Assembly (NCBI GenBank): GCA_050185195.1
Contig: JBFWZQ010000014.1
Location: 3,002 to 67,001, forward strand
From: Steroidobacteraceae bacterium
GTDB lineage: Bacteria; Pseudomonadota; Gammaproteobacteria; Steroidobacterales; Steroidobacteraceae
Length of the DNA stretch: 64,000 nucleotides
Direction: 5' to 3'
Made by a program: the position numbers and the translations under genes. Shown piece by piece: positions 39,507-47,666 of the stretch (position 1 is its first letter; each line of letters starts with the position of its first letter). The notes beneath the pieces were generated by a model that saw only the letters and a list, made by a program, of their open reading frames with translations, was not told the DNA's origin and searched no databases.

Positions 39507-41180
39507 ATGGCAGACGCCCCCCTGTCTCCCGTGGAACACATCAAGGCGGCGAGCCGGCTGCTGCGCGGCACGCTCGCTGACAGCCTCGCGGATGCGCCCA
39601 CGGGCGCGCTCGCCGAGGACGACACGAACATCCTCAAGTTCCACGGCAGCTACCAGCAGGACGACCGCGACCTGCGCGAAGAGCGCCGCCTGCAGAAGCT
39701 CGAGCCGGCGTACAGCTTCATGATCCGTACGCGCCTGCCGGGCGGCGTGTGCACGCCCTCGCAGTGGCTCGCGCTCGACGCCATCGCGCGCGAGCACGGC
39801 AATGGCACGCTGCGACTCACGACGCGCCAGGCCTTCCAGGTCCATGGCGTCGTGAAGCGCGACCTCAAGGCGACCATGGCCGCGATCAACGCCACGCTGA
39901 TCGACACGATCGCCGCCTGCGGCGACGTGAACCGCAACGTGATCGCGAGCGCCAATCCGGTCGAATCCAGGCTGCACGCCGAGGCCCACGGCTGGGCGTC
40001 GAAGATCTCCGCGCACCTGCTGCCGCACACGCGCGCCTATCACGAGATCTGGCTCGGCGAGGAAAAAATCGCGGGCACGCCCGAGGTCGAGCCCATCTAC
40101 GGCGCGACCTACCTGCCGCGCAAATTCAAGATCGCGCTCGCGGTGCCTCCCGTCAACGACGTGGACGTCTTCGCGCACGACCTCGGCTTCATCGCCATCG
40201 TCGAGGACGGCGCGCAGGGCCCGCGTCTCGCGGGATTCAATGTCGCGGTTGGAGGCGGCCTCGGCGCGACGCACGGGGATGCGGCCACCTACCCGAAGCT
40301 CGCGCAGGTGATCGGCTTCGTCGCGCCCACGGACACGCTCGCGGTCACCGAAGCCGTGGTCACGACGCAGCGCGATTTCGGCGATCGCGCCAACCGCAAG
40401 CACGCGCGCCTCAAGTACACGCTCGAGACCCTGGGCGTGCAGGCCTTCGTCGCCGAAGTCGAGCGGCGCGCGGGGGTCCGTTTCGCGCCAGCACGCCCCT
40501 ATGTGTTCACGACGAACGGCGATCGCTTCGGGTGGACGCAAGGCTTCGATGGCCGCTGGCATCTCAACCTGCGCATTCCATCCGGCCGCATCGCCGACCG
40601 CGACAGCGCGCGCCAGCTCACCGGCCTGCGCGAAATCGCCCGGGTGCACCGCGGGGACTTGCGCCTCACGCCGAACCAGAACCTCATCATCGCGAACGTC
40701 GCCGCCGAAGATCGCGCGACGATCGACGCGCTCGTCGTCGACCACGGCCTCGACCTCTACACGCGCGCCTCGCCGACGACTCTCGACGCGCTCGCCTGCG
40801 TCGCGCTGCCCACCTGCCCGCTCGCGATGGCCGAGGCCGAGCGCTACCTGCCCGACTTCCTCGTGGCCTTCGAAGCGCGCCTCGCGCACCATGGCCTCGC
40901 GCAGGTGCCGGTGCTCGTGCGCATCTCCGGCTGCCCGAACGGCTGCTCACGGCCCTACCTCGCCGAGGTGGCGCTCGTAGGCAAGGCGCCGGGGCGCTAC
41001 AACCTGCACCTCGGCGGCAATGCCACCGGCGAGCGCCTGAATGTGATGTATCGCGAAAACCTGTCGGAGACCGCAATCTTCGAGGCGCTCGACCCGCTGC
41101 TATGGCAGTTCGCGAACGAACGCAAGCCCGACGAACGATTTGGAGACTTCCTGTGGCGCGCGAAGCTGCTGTCCGCGTGA
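39507..41180 (+). CDS. cysI: Assimilatory sulfite reductase hemoprotein beta-component (siroheme/[4Fe-4S])
   Basis: 557-aa ORF. Cluster/siroheme cysteines in [14 protein letters not shown] and [12 protein letters not shown]. Starts 1 nt after the cysJ stop. Confidence 0.9.
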   Translation: MADAPLSPVEHIKAASRLLRGTLADSLADAPTGALAEDDTNILKFHGSYQQDDRDLREERRLQKLEPAYSFMIRTRLPGGVCTPSQWLALDAIAREHGNGTLRLTTRQAFQVHGVVKRDLKATMAAINATLIDTIAACGDVNRNVIASANPVESRLHAEAHGWASKISAHLLPHTRAYHEIWLGEEKIAGTPEVEPIYGATYLPRKFKIALAVPPVNDVDVFAHDLGFIAIVEDGAQGPRLAGFNVAVGGGLGATHGDAATYPKLAQVIGFVAPTDTLAVTEAVVTTQRDFGDRANRKHARLKYTLETLGVQAFVAEVERRAGVRFAPARPYVFTTNGDRFGWTQGFDGRWHLNLRIPSGRIADRDSARQLTGLREIARVHRGDLRLTPNQNLIIANVAAEDRATIDALVVDHGLDLYTRASPTTLDALACVALPTCPLAMAEAERYLPDFLVAFEARLAHHGLAQVPVLVRISGCPNGCSRPYLAEVALVGKAPGRYNLHLGGNATGERLNVMYRENLSETAIFEALDPLLWQFANERKPDERFGDFLWRAKLLSA

Positions 41181-41917
41181 CGACCGACCCCGTGGCGGCG
41201 CAAGTGGCGCAGGCGCGCGCCGGTGATGTGCAGGCGCTCGAGGCGTTGAATGCCGCGCTCGCGCCGCTGTCCGCCGCCGCGCGCATCGCGTTTGCCCTCG
41301 CGCGGCTGCCGGGCCGGCACGTACTCTCCTCGAGCTTCGGCGCACAGGCCGCCGTCGCGCTGCATCTCGCGACGCAGGTTTCGCCGGACCTGCCGGTCGT
41401 GCTCGTCGACACCGGCTATCTCTTCCCCGAGACCTATCGCTTCGTCGATGAACTGACGCTGCGCCTGAACCTGAACCTGCACATCGCGCACCCGGCGGTG
41501 TCCGCAGCCTGGATCGAGGCGCGCCACGGCAAGCTCTGGGAGAACGGCGTCGAGGGGCTCGACCAGTACGGCCGGCTCGCCAAGGTCGAGCCAATGCAGC
41601 GCAAGCTCGACGAACTCGGCGCGGGCACCTGGATTTCCGGGCTGCGCCGCGTGCAGTCGGCGAGCCGCGCGGCCGCGCCGTTCCTCGCCTTGCACGGCCA
41701 TCGCTTCAAGCTGCACCCGATCGCCGACTGGACCGATCGCGACGTGGGTCGTTACCTCAAGCAGCACGCGCTGCCGTATCACCCGCTATGGGAGAAGGGC
41801 TACGTGTCGATCGGCGACTGGCATACGACGCGTTCGCTTGCCGAAGCGGGCCACCTCGAAGGCACGCGCTTCTTCGGCCTGAAGCGCGAGTGCGGCCTGC
41901 ACGGGCTCGAGGGCTGA
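41177..41917 (+). CDS. cysH: Phosphoadenylyl-sulfate (PAPS) reductase, thioredoxin-dependent type
   Basis: Last 246 codons of ORF 39749..41917. GTG at 41177 overlaps the cysI stop (GTGA). The C-terminal KRECGLH is the only Cys, with no CC...CxxC Fe-S motif. That indicates the PAPS rather than APS type, consistent with the CysC domain on CysN. Confidence 0.85.
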   Translation: MTTDPVAAQVAQARAGDVQALEALNAALAPLSAAARIAFALARLPGRHVLSSSFGAQAAVALHLATQVSPDLPVVLVDTGYLFPETYRFVDELTLRLNLNLHIAHPAVSAAWIEARHGKLWENGVEGLDQYGRLAKVEPMQRKLDELGAGTWISGLRRVQSASRAAAPFLALHGHRFKLHPIADWTDRDVGRYLKQHALPYHPLWEKGYVSIGDWHTTRSLAEAGHLEGTRFFGLKRECGLHGLEG

Positions 41918-41920
41918 CGC

Positions 41921-43462
41921 ATGCCGACGTCCTTGCACGGGCCCCGCACCGTCACCATCGGCGCGCGCGCGAGTGCGCTGGCGCGGGTGCAGGCGCGGCT
42001 CGTCGGCGCCGCCCTTGCCGCGCAGGACCCGCGGATTGCCATTCGCTATGCCTTCGCGGACAGCGCTGGCGATCGCGAGCCGGGGGCCTCGCTGCCTGCG
42101 CTCCTGCGCGCGGGCGGCTTCACGAGTGAACTGTCAGAGGCGCTTTCCAGCTCGCACATCGACCTCGCCGTGCATTCCTGGAAGGACCTGCCGTTCGTGG
42201 AGTCGGCCACCACGCACGTCGCCGCGACCCTCGCGCGCGCCGATCCGCGTGACCTGCTGCTGGTGCGCCGCGACCGGCTCGCGCAGGGCCCCCTGCGCGC
42301 GCTGCGAGTACTGACCTGCTCGGCGCGGCGCGCTTTCAACCTGCGCGAGTTCCTCCCGTGGGCCCTGCCGGGTGGCGTGGAGCAGGTCCACTTTCATCCC
42401 GTGCGGGGCGATGTCCTGCGCCGCCTGCACCAACTGCTGACGGGAGACGCAGACGCCCTCGTCGTGGCCAAGGCGGCCATCGATCGGCTGATGGGCGACG
42501 GTGAGGCGGCTGCCGGCGCGCGTGCACAGGTGCGCACCGCACTCGAAGCCTGTCGTGTCATGGTGCTGCCGCTCACCGCGAACCCTGCGGCGCCCGCGCA
42601 AGGCGCGCTCGCCATCGAAGTGCGGCGCGATCGCAAGGACCTCGTCGAGGCCCTTGCCGCGATCAACCATGCGCCGACCTTTGCGCGGGTGACCGAGGAA
42701 CGCGCGCAGCTCGAGGCCACGCGTGACGAAGACCATCCGCTCGGCATCTCGATTGTGCCGCTCGACGGCGGCCCCGTATCGAGCGCAGCGGAAGCCCTGT
42801 TCCGGCGCGGCGCCTTGCAGGGCGTGCGCATCGACACCGCACATCTTCGCAACCGGGAGTCGCCGCTGCCCCGACCCGCACATCGCGAGGCGGTGTGGTC
42901 AGGAGCCGAATTGGAGCGCTTTGCCTTGCGTCGGCAGGCTCTCCCTGTCGACACCACGGCGTTTCTGGCGCCCGGCACGGGTCTGCTGGTCGCACGCGCG
43001 GACGCCCTGCCCGATGCCTCGCAACATCCGCACGAACAGGTGATCTGGACCGCCGGCCTCGACACCTGGCGCCGGCTCGCCGCGCGCGGCCTGTGGGTGA
43101 GCGGCAGCGACGAGAGCCTCGGCGAAACCGGAGCGCTCACCGCGCGGCACCTCTTTCCGCACGTCGATCGGTGGGTGAAGCTGACGCACGCGGCAGGCCA
43201 CGACACGCCGCACGCCACACGCGTTGCGACCTACCGGCTCGAACGCGTCGCGCCGCTCGCCGACATCCGCCCTCACACGCACTTCTTCTGGCGCAGCGGC
43301 TCGCAATTCCTCGAATACTTTCGCGCCAACGCCCGCCTGCGCGATGCCTGGCACGGCTGCGGCCCCGGCAACACCCTCGCGATCATCCGCTCGGTCATCG
43401 GGCCCGAACGCGTACGGCCGTTCCTTTCCGCCGGGCAGTTCCGCGCCGAGATGGGAGCCTGA
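41921..43462 (+). CDS. Fusion protein: HemC-like (hydroxymethylbilane synthase-like) N-terminal part + HemD-like (uroporphyrinogen-III synthase-like) C-terminal part
   Basis: N-terminal strings TIGARASALARVQA, IDLAVHSWKDLP, ADPRD, CSARR, VRGDV, AQGALAIEVR and VTEERA align by eye with E. coli HemC landmarks. The C-terminal ~200 aa (…FFWRSGSQFLEYF…GCGPGNTLAIIRSVIG) resemble the weakly conserved HemD pattern. The HemD call is tentative. Confidence 0.6.
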   Translation: MPTSLHGPRTVTIGARASALARVQARLVGAALAAQDPRIAIRYAFADSAGDREPGASLPALLRAGGFTSELSEALSSSHIDLAVHSWKDLPFVESATTHVAATLARADPRDLLLVRRDRLAQGPLRALRVLTCSARRAFNLREFLPWALPGGVEQVHFHPVRGDVLRRLHQLLTGDADALVVAKAAIDRLMGDGEAAAGARAQVRTALEACRVMVLPLTANPAAPAQGALAIEVRRDRKDLVEALAAINHAPTFARVTEERAQLEATRDEDHPLGISIVPLDGGPVSSAAEALFRRGALQGVRIDTAHLRNRESPLPRPAHREAVWSGAELERFALRRQALPVDTTAFLAPGTGLLVARADALPDASQHPHEQVIWTAGLDTWRRLAARGLWVSGSDESLGETGALTARHLFPHVDRWVKLTHAAGHDTPHATRVATYRLERVAPLADIRPHTHFFWRSGSQFLEYFRANARLRDAWHGCGPGNTLAIIRSVIGPERVRPFLSAGQFRAEMGA

Positions 43463-43466
43463 GGCA

Positions 43467-44480
43467 ATGCTGGACCGGGTCGCACCCATTGCGTCGCTGC
43501 GCGACACTGTCGCGCCACCCCGCCGCCTGCAGCGCCTGCGTCGCACGGCAGCGCTGCGCGACCTCGTCGCCGAAACTTCTTTCACGCACAGCCAGTTGAT
43601 CCAGCCCCTCTTCATCGTCGAGGACGACGCCGACGCGGGCCCGATCGCAGGCCTGCCCGGCAATGAGCGCCTGTCGCGCAACAGTGCGCTGGCGCAACTC
43701 GATGCCGATCTCGACGCGGGCGTGCGCCAGTTCCTCCTCTTTCCAGTGCCCGCTCGCAAGCACGAGCGCCACTTCGACCCCCACTTCATCTGCGAGACCC
43801 TCGCCACCCTGAAGCGTCGAACCGGCCGGGATGCCAGCCTGTGGCTCGACACCTGCCTGTGCAGCTACACCGCCGACGGACACTGCTGCCTGCACGATGC
43901 GCACGGCGAACAGGACCTGCCCGCGACCCTCGATGCGCTCGCTGAACTCGCGCTCGCCTATGCCCATGCCGGCGCCGATGGCATTGCGCCGAGCGACATG
44001 AACGACGGTCGCGTCGCGGCGCTGCGCCTCGCGCTCGATGCCGCCGGCCACGACCTCGTGCCCATCATGAGCTACAGCGCAAAGTTCGCGAGCCAGCTCT
44101 ACGGTCCCTTCCGCGGCGCCGCCCATTCGGCGCCCACGCACGGCGACCGGCGCAGCTACCAGATCGACGTGCGCTCCCGTCGCGACGCGATTGCCAGTTC
44201 GCAGCGCTGCGCCGCCGAGGGCGCCGATCTCCTGATGGTGAAACCCGGCATGAGCTCGCTCGATCTCATCCGCCCGATCGCGCAGGCCACGGGACTCGCG
44301 GTGGGCGCCTACCAGGTGAGCGGCGAATACGCCGCGCTCGCCCTGCTCGCGCGCGAAGGTTTCCTGGACTTCGATGCGGCGCTACTCGAGAGCTGGTTCG
44401 CACTGCGCCGGGGTGGCGCGGCGTTCGTCATCACCTACGGCGCGCGGCTCGGCCGCACGCTCGGCCTCGCGGCGAGGTAG
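43467..44480 (+). CDS. hemB: Porphobilinogen synthase (5-aminolevulinate dehydratase), Zn-cysteine type
   Basis: Last 337 codons of ORF 43224..44480. Zn site DTCLCSYTADGHCC. Active-site lysines in SYSAKFAS and LMVKPG. Confidence 0.9.
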   Translation: MLDRVAPIASLRDTVAPPRRLQRLRRTAALRDLVAETSFTHSQLIQPLFIVEDDADAGPIAGLPGNERLSRNSALAQLDADLDAGVRQFLLFPVPARKHERHFDPHFICETLATLKRRTGRDASLWLDTCLCSYTADGHCCLHDAHGEQDLPATLDALAELALAYAHAGADGIAPSDMNDGRVAALRLALDAAGHDLVPIMSYSAKFASQLYGPFRGAAHSAPTHGDRRSYQIDVRSRRDAIASSQRCAAEGADLLMVKPGMSSLDLIRPIAQATGLAVGAYQVSGEYAALALLAREGFLDFDAALLESWFALRRGGAAFVITYGARLGRTLGLAAR

Positions 44481-44485
44481 CGCCC

Positions 44486-45694
44486 GTGTTCGACTACGAA
44501 GGGTTCTTCGAAAGCGCCAAAGCAAGGCTCAAGCGTGAGCACCACTACCGCGTGTTCCGCGAGTTGCGCCGGGCGCCGGGGCGCTTCCCACAGGCCGAAT
44601 GGCGCGCCGCCGACGGCGGGTGGCGACCCGTCACCGTCTGGTGCAGCAACGACTACCTCGGCATGAGCCAGCATCCGGCGGTGCTTCATGCCGCGCTGCA
44701 GGCGCTCGACCGCTACGGGGCGGGCGCAGGAGGCACCCGCAACATCTCCGGCACCATCGACCTGCTCGTCGCACTCGAGCGCGAGCTCGCCGGCTGGCAC
44801 GCCAAGGATGCGGCCCTGTTGTTCTCGTCGGGCTACGTCGCCAACGACACGACGCTTGCCACGCTCGCGCGCGCGCTGCCGGACGGTGTCGTATTCTCCG
44901 ACGCCGCGAACCACGCCTCCATGATCCAGGGCATCCGCGCGAGCCGGCAGCGGTGCAGCGTGTTTCGCCACAACGACGCGGCGCATCTCGACGCACTGCT
45001 CGCCGCGCACGACCCGGCCGCACCGAAGCTCGTCGCGTTCGAATCGCTCTACTCCATGGACGGCGACATCGCGCCACTTGTCGACCTGCTGGCCGTCGCA
45101 AAACACCACGGCGCCCTCACCTACGTCGATGAAACGCATGCGGTCGGCGTGCACGGGCCGCAAGGGGGCGGGTTGCTCGAAGCGCACGGCCTCCTCGACG
45201 CCGTCGACATCGTGCAGGGCGGGCTCGGCAAGGGCGTGGGCGTCGTGGGCGGCTTCATCACCGGCGCCGCCCCGATCATCGACTACGTGCGCAGCCACGC
45301 GCCGGGCTTCATCTTCACGACCGCGCTGCCGCCCCACGTCGCGGCCGCTGCGCTCGCTTCGGTTCGTCACCTCAAGGCGAGCAATGCCGAACGCGCCGCG
45401 CTTGAAGCGCGCGTGGCGAGCGTGCGCGCGGCGCTCACCGCGGCGGGCGTGCCGATTGCGCCGACCCGCAGCCAGATCCTGCCGCTGATCGTCGGCGACG
45501 CCGCGGCCTGCCACGCACTCGCAGACGACCTCCTCGAGGGGCACGGCATCTATCTGCAGGCCATCGTCCATCCCACCGTGCCCCGCGACGGCGCCCGCCT
45601 GCGCATCACACCTGGCCCGCTGCACGCCGACGCCGACCAGGCGCGGCTCGTTGCGGCGCTCGCGGACGCGTACGCGCGGCAACGCGCGGCCTGA
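44486..45694 (+). CDS. hemA: 5-aminolevulinate synthase (C4/Shemin pathway, alpha-oxoamine synthase family)
   Basis: GTG start. Long runs match remembered alphaproteobacterial ALAS: VWCSNDYLGMSQHPAVL, GAGAGGTRNISGT, FSSGYVANDTTL, NHASMIQGIRAS, VAFESLYSMDGD, YVDETHAVGVHGP, GGLGKGVGVVGGFI (PLP Lys), VRSHAPGFIFTTALPP, PTVPRDGARLRITPGPLH. Confidence 0.85.
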   Translation: MFDYEGFFESAKARLKREHHYRVFRELRRAPGRFPQAEWRAADGGWRPVTVWCSNDYLGMSQHPAVLHAALQALDRYGAGAGGTRNISGTIDLLVALERELAGWHAKDAALLFSSGYVANDTTLATLARALPDGVVFSDAANHASMIQGIRASRQRCSVFRHNDAAHLDALLAAHDPAAPKLVAFESLYSMDGDIAPLVDLLAVAKHHGALTYVDETHAVGVHGPQGGGLLEAHGLLDAVDIVQGGLGKGVGVVGGFITGAAPIIDYVRSHAPGFIFTTALPPHVAAAALASVRHLKASNAERAALEARVASVRAALTAAGVPIAPTRSQILPLIVGDAAACHALADDLLEGHGIYLQAIVHPTVPRDGARLRITPGPLHADADQARLVAALADAYARQRAA

Positions 45695-45701
45695 GCCACG
45701 C

Positions 45702-47132
45702 ATGCGCTACTTCCCGGTCTTCCTCGACCTGCAGGACCGCGACGTCCTCGTCGTCGGCGGCGGCACGGTGGCCCTGCGCAAGATCGAGACGCTGCGCTCG
45801 GCCGGTGCGCGCGTCACGGTCATTGCGGCGACCATTCACGAAGACCTGCAGCGCATCGCGGCGCAGGGCGCAATCCGGCTGGTCCAGCGCCGCTTCGAGG
45901 CCGCCGATATCGCTGGCCCCCACCTCCCGCGGCCGTGGCTGATCGTGGCGGCAACAGACGAACCCGCGGTCAACGCGACGACGGCGCGCGCCGCGCAAGC
46001 GGCCGGCATCGTGTGCAACGTCGTCGACGACCGCGAACTGTCGAGCGCGCTGATGCCCGCCATCATCGACCGCTCACCCGTGCAGATCGCTGTCTCGACA
46101 GGTGGCGCCTCGCCCGTGCTCGCGCGTCTCATCCGCGAACGCCTCGAGACACTCCTCGACGAGTCGCTCGGCCCGCTCGCGCGGTTCGCCGAACGCTGGC
46201 GCGCGAGCGCACGCAAGGTGCTCGCGAGTGCGGGTGCGCGGCGCCACTTCTTTTCGTGGCTTCTGACCGGGCCGGCCGCGAACGCCATCCAAGCCCGGCG
46301 CCAGGCTGATGCAGATCGAATCGCCACGCGCGAACTGGCGCGGCGCCAGCGTCTCACCGATAGCGCCGCGGCCGATCAGGGCGCCACCGGCCACGTGACG
46401 CTCGTCGGCGCAGGCCCCGGTGACCCCGGGCTGCTCACGCTCAAGGGACTGCGCGCACTGCAGGAAGCCGACGTCGTCATCCACGACCGCCTCGCGTCCG
46501 CCGAAGTGCTCGACCTCGCACGCCGCGACGCGGAGCGTATCGACGTCGGCAAACGCCCGGGTGCAGGCACGACACAGGAGGTCATCAACGCACGGATCGT
46601 CGAACATGCGCACCGCGGGCAGCGCGTGGTGCGCCTGAAGGGCGGCGACCCCTTCATCTTCGGCCGCGGCGGCGAAGAGATCGACACCCTGCGCGCGGCC
46701 GGCATTCCCTTCGATGTGGTGCCGGGCATCACCGCCGCCATCGCCGCGGGCGCCGCGGCCGCGATCCCGCTGACCGACCGGCGACATGTACACGCCGTGC
46801 GCCTGATCACGGGCAACGATCCCGCGGTCCTCGACGCGTTCGACTTCTCCGACGTCGCCGCCGGCCGCGAGACACTGGCGGTCTACATGGGCGTCGCGCA
46901 ACTGCCGGCGTTGCGCGCGCGCCTGCTGCGTGCGGGCGTTGCGCCGGATCTACCCGTCGCGCTGGTTGGGAATGCGAGCGGCGCGGGGCAGCGGGTCGTT
47001 GCGGCTACGGTGGAAAAGCTCGCATCCGCTGCCCGTTCACACGACGTTACGTCGCCTGCAATCTTGCTGGTGGGGACCGTTACGGCATCGGCTCGCGGTG
47101 GATCGGAGACCCACGTCTGCGTCGCAGTGTGA
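45702..47132 (+). CDS. cysG: Siroheme synthase (precorrin-2 dehydrogenase/sirohydrochlorin ferrochelatase + uroporphyrinogen-III C-methyltransferase)
   Basis: ORF 45651..47132 trimmed to MRYFPVFLDL. N-terminal NAD motif VVGGGTVALRKI; SUMT motifs LVGAGPGDPGLLTLKG and RLKGGDPFIFGRGGEE. Confidence 0.9.
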   Translation: MRYFPVFLDLQDRDVLVVGGGTVALRKIETLRSAGARVTVIAATIHEDLQRIAAQGAIRLVQRRFEAADIAGPHLPRPWLIVAATDEPAVNATTARAAQAAGIVCNVVDDRELSSALMPAIIDRSPVQIAVSTGGASPVLARLIRERLETLLDESLGPLARFAERWRASARKVLASAGARRHFFSWLLTGPAANAIQARRQADADRIATRELARRQRLTDSAAADQGATGHVTLVGAGPGDPGLLTLKGLRALQEADVVIHDRLASAEVLDLARRDAERIDVGKRPGAGTTQEVINARIVEHAHRGQRVVRLKGGDPFIFGRGGEEIDTLRAAGIPFDVVPGITAAIAAGAAAAIPLTDRRHVHAVRLITGNDPAVLDAFDFSDVAAGRETLAVYMGVAQLPALRARLLRAGVAPDLPVALVGNASGAGQRVVAATVEKLASAARSHDVTSPAILLVGTVTASARGGSETHVCVAV

Positions 47133-47644
47133 CAGGAAGATCGTCGAGTTGCCCGAACTGCTCGGTGAATCCCTGTGTACTTTCGGAGGCGATGGCGCCG
47201 TCCGGGCTTTCGTCATTGCCCCAGGAGAGGCGTGAATGTGCGGTCGCCTCGCGGTACTTGCCGAAGAACGCGATGGGCTCCGGGTTCCCGGCGAACACCC
47301 GTCGATACCCGCCCAGGACGCGAACGTCCATCTCGCATGAAAGCATGGCCAGGCCAGTTGCTTTCGGCACCCACCAACGCCTGAACAGCTCCGGCCACGA
47401 GCTCACGCCCGGACTTCCGCTCTGTCGTCGTGTCGTTCTGCATGGGGTAGGCTCGGTCGGGTTCTGAGCCATCCAGCAGCGCGCTGAGATGATCGTGCGA
47501 GGCATTCATGCGCGTATTCCTGATCGCTGCCCTCACGTTCGCCGGCAACCCCTTGACACGGTAGACCCGGCGCTGGAGCTCGCGCAGGCGGGGCAGTTCC
47601 TCGCACTCGTCGTCAATAACGAGGCAGGAACACACCGGCGGCAA
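47080..47644 (-). pseudogene. Possible frameshifted or decayed ORF of unknown family at the tail of the minus-strand operon
   Basis: Two overlapping minus-strand ORFs (47213..47644 and 47080..47505) each look protein-like over only half their length: ...RVYRVKGLPANVRAAIRNTRMNASHDHLSALLDG... and then ...WWVPKATGLAMLSCEMDVRVLGGYRRVFAGNPEPIAFFGKYREATAHSRLSWGNDESPDG... This is consistent with one gene broken near 47400. No family recognised. Confidence 0.25.
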
Positions 47645-47666
47645 ACGCGGCCACTGTCATGCCAAT

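Noticed and set aside
41177-41917. Whether cysH is an APS reductase, which would make the CysC domain of CysN redundant.
   Set aside because: The protein has a single cysteine (KRECGLH) and lacks the CC...CxxC iron-sulfur motif of APS reductases. A PAPS-reductase assignment is consistent with the locus, so there is no anomaly.
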